Positions 61,766 to 64,000 of a DNA stretch of 64,000 nucleotides are shown here, one piece after another. The DNA lies in assembly GCA_950097015.1 (NCBI GenBank), contig CATNEN010000007.1, positions 868,001-932,000 of the forward strand, read 5' to 3'. The DNA comes from Macrostomum hystrix. Taxonomy: Eukaryota; Animalia; Platyhelminthes. Below the pieces are notes generated by a model. It had not been told where the DNA came from and made no database searches. It saw only the letters and a list, made by a program, of their open reading frames with translations. Every line of letters starts with the position of its first letter. Positions within the stretch are counted from its first letter, which is position 1. Made by a program: the position numbers and the translations under genes.

Positions 61766-62710
61766 CTACAGAACAAATATGGAGAGCCTGTCAGCAGTCT
61801 GAACACCGCCAACCCATTTCCCATCCGGCCGCACATTGAACAGTATCTTCGGCGCAGCGGCGAAGTTACCCTTAGAGTAGCCGCACACATCGTCCATATC
61901 AATCACCATGACAACACCGGCATCGTTTGGGCAGCTCTGGTAATAATAGTTGACGAGGAACCTTCGTTCGTGTCGCCAATTAGGTTGTGTAGAAACGTGA
62001 CCAACAACGGAGAAATAGTTGAAGGAGTTCGCGTCAATATTAGGTACGGGCCAGCTCGACTTTAGGTTAGCCTGGCTGAACCAGTTTTGATTAGTTAGTC
62101 CCGGCTTTGAAGCGTCAAAGGTCAGTCTCAGAACTGGAACGCTATTCTTGTACAGAACCACGTGAATCTCTTGCATGGTTAGCAGGGAGACAAGTGAGTT
62201 CAAATTGTCCAGAAGATCCGAACGAAACACGTCCGGCTGTTCCGTTGGGCTATCGACCGCCATCTTAATTGCGTACGCTTTTCCAGATGTGCTTACAAAG
62301 GTGTCCCATATCTTGAGACCGACTTCAGCTCGCATGGTGAAGATCAGGTAAGATTGAATATTTGTAGGGACAGGCGATTCACAGGACTGCCAGGACTCGA
62401 ATCCTAATGCTGAGGATGGCAAACACTTGTACGGACACTCACTCTTCATAATAAAGCACTCGCCAGTTTTTACAATCACCTGCTCAACAGATGGCGATCC
62501 GGGAGCGACTGACTCGATTACGAAGTCACGATGTACTTTAGCTAGCCAACAGTCAGGCGGCTTGGAGATCAGTGAGATGTCTTTCATAGCGTCAAGACAT
62601 TGCATATGGGCAAATAGCTTTTGAGGACGGAAGCAGGTATTAGCAGACACGCTTGTGAAGACCACAGAGCACAGGATAGTCACCACGAATCTAACACTAC
62701 GGTTCTCCAT
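61766..62710 (-). CDS. Intronless secreted protein (about 314 aa): Cys-containing PAN-like N-terminal part plus an uncharacterised extracellular domain
   Basis: Signal peptide MENRSVRFVVTILCSVVFTSVSA. Long uninterrupted ORF with motifs NWFSQANLKSSW and RRFLVNYYYQSCPNDAG, which I recall from uncharacterised invertebrate secreted proteins. Confidence 0.75.
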   Translation of the reverse strand: MENRSVRFVVTILCSVVFTSVSANTCFRPQKLFAHMQCLDAMKDISLISKPPDCWLAKVHRDFVIESVAPGSPSVEQVIVKTGECFIMKSECPYKCLPSSALGFESWQSCESPVPTNIQSYLIFTMRAEVGLKIWDTFVSTSGKAYAIKMAVDSPTEQPDVFRSDLLDNLNSLVSLLTMQEIHVVLYKNSVPVLRLTFDASKPGLTNQNWFSQANLKSSWPVPNIDANSFNYFSVVGHVSTQPNWRHERRFLVNYYYQSCPNDAGVVMVIDMDDVCGYSKGNFAAAPKILFNVRPDGKWVGGVQTADRLSIFVL

Positions 62711-64000
62711 TTCAGCTGTTAGCAGAAGCAAAATTAAAAATGGAGTTGCACACCATTTTTTACTAATGGATGGAAAATAAACTTTCATTTAAATTGCGAG
62801 GTCGCTGTTCTCAAGCAGCGTGATCATCGGGCTGAATCCATCAGCTACAATAGAAACATCACCCTGGGCGTGACGCGCTGTGTCTTAAAAAACCTAAGAC
62901 GCAGTTCGTTGCATATCTGCAACTGAGTTCTTTTAGAAATTCACGCGTTAGAACTTGCATCACTGCACATCAAAGTCTATTGTATCCAATTCCACAAAGA
63001 TATGCAGTGGCATTTAGCACTAGACGAGAGCGTGATCTGCGTTTTAAAGAGTTAAATAAAACTGCAAAAAAATGTGAAAGGCACACCAGTTTCAATGCAG
63101 TGAAAACTCTGCTACATGCATATGTACATAAACTCATGCACATTATTCGTTATTCCTTATTTGTTTTGTTCTGTTTTGATTTTCCGACGTCCTGGCAAGC
63201 CTTCATGTAAGCTGGGGTGTTACCGTTGAGCTGGACGCCTAGCTCGCATCTCCTGGTGAGACCGGCCATTTCTTTTACCTGCTTCATTTCGAACACTGCC
63301 TCGAGACCAAAGGGGTTCATTGAGGTCCTTAACAAGGTATAGGGCAGCGCTTGCTGAGCCTTTGTGAGCGCGATACCTTCCACCCCTTTTTCTAGCATGA
63401 ACGCCTTGTTGCGCCTAATTGCTCATGCAAGCCCTCGCGACTGCATCGTGCAGCTAAACCTATTGGGGTCTAAAACATTTGGAGTCAAGGTCTCGGCCTA
63501 AGTTGGATTCCTGGGCATTCTCGTGGCAGCCATCCCAGCAACGAGAGAGCTGGTCGATATAACATGGCAAAAACGGTTCGCTTCGAAAGGATCCTTTCTA
63601 GCTCCTTCCCATCACCCCAACTAGCTGTCGCTGTCATCTCTCGGATCAACTAGTAGTGGGTGGCTTCCAAGCACAAGGAATTAGATTAAATACCATGACA
63701 CCATTCGACTGCTGGCATGCAGTCTTGTGCTACCGTCACTTGTGCCCTTCGAAAGGCTCTATTCGGACTCGACAGCAGGGACAACAGGGCAGGCATCATT
63801 TTCCTCTCCAGCCAGAGCTATTTTGCAAGGCATCGCCACTTGTTATGTAAAATCCGCAGTGAAGAATCTGTCTCTCATGTGGAGCACTCTCTGCGACTGC
63901 CCCGCATTTTGTTACTTTGCCTGATAGGAACAAATTTGTATAAATATATAAAGTTGTATATCTGTTCAAATCTTATACCAACTGCAGATGCAATAATCTG

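Noticed and set aside
63150-63924. 82-aa minus-strand ORF and adjoining coding-like sequence
   Set aside because: Multiple stops upstream, no splice support and no recognisable domain.

Overview
Eukaryotic (animal) genomic DNA with GT-AG introns, GC-rich exons carrying poly-Q/poly-A runs, and introns or intergenic spaces filled with large minisatellites. This style suggests a free-living flatworm of the Macrostomum type (inference, not shown by the sequence). Protein-coding genes I can assemble by hand: a secreted PAN/apple + LamG-like protein; a two-exon neuropeptide precursor (predicted ...GGHGHRL-amide and WYEF-amide); an FSTL4/5-like Kazal-Ig-Ig-propeller protein; a DEG/ENaC channel; a small type I membrane protein; CREBZF; IER3IP1; a TANK/AZI2/TBKBP1-type TBK1 adaptor; an intronless SLC15/POT-like transporter; and an intronless secreted protein. 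Mobile DNA includes a decayed Crypton tyrosine-recombinase element, an RTE LINE 3' stub, two tRNA-derived SINE families (one with a CORE-like domain), two hAT derivatives, a CACTA/foldback-like element and a long-TIR MITE. Most long ORFs in the supplied track are tandem-repeat artefacts. The strongest leads are the unfamiliar neuropeptide precursor, a SINE that appears to have inserted into a coding exon and may now be spliced out as a new intron, the TBK1-adaptor homolog, and a possible trans-spliced operon (CREBZF-IER3IP1-adaptor).
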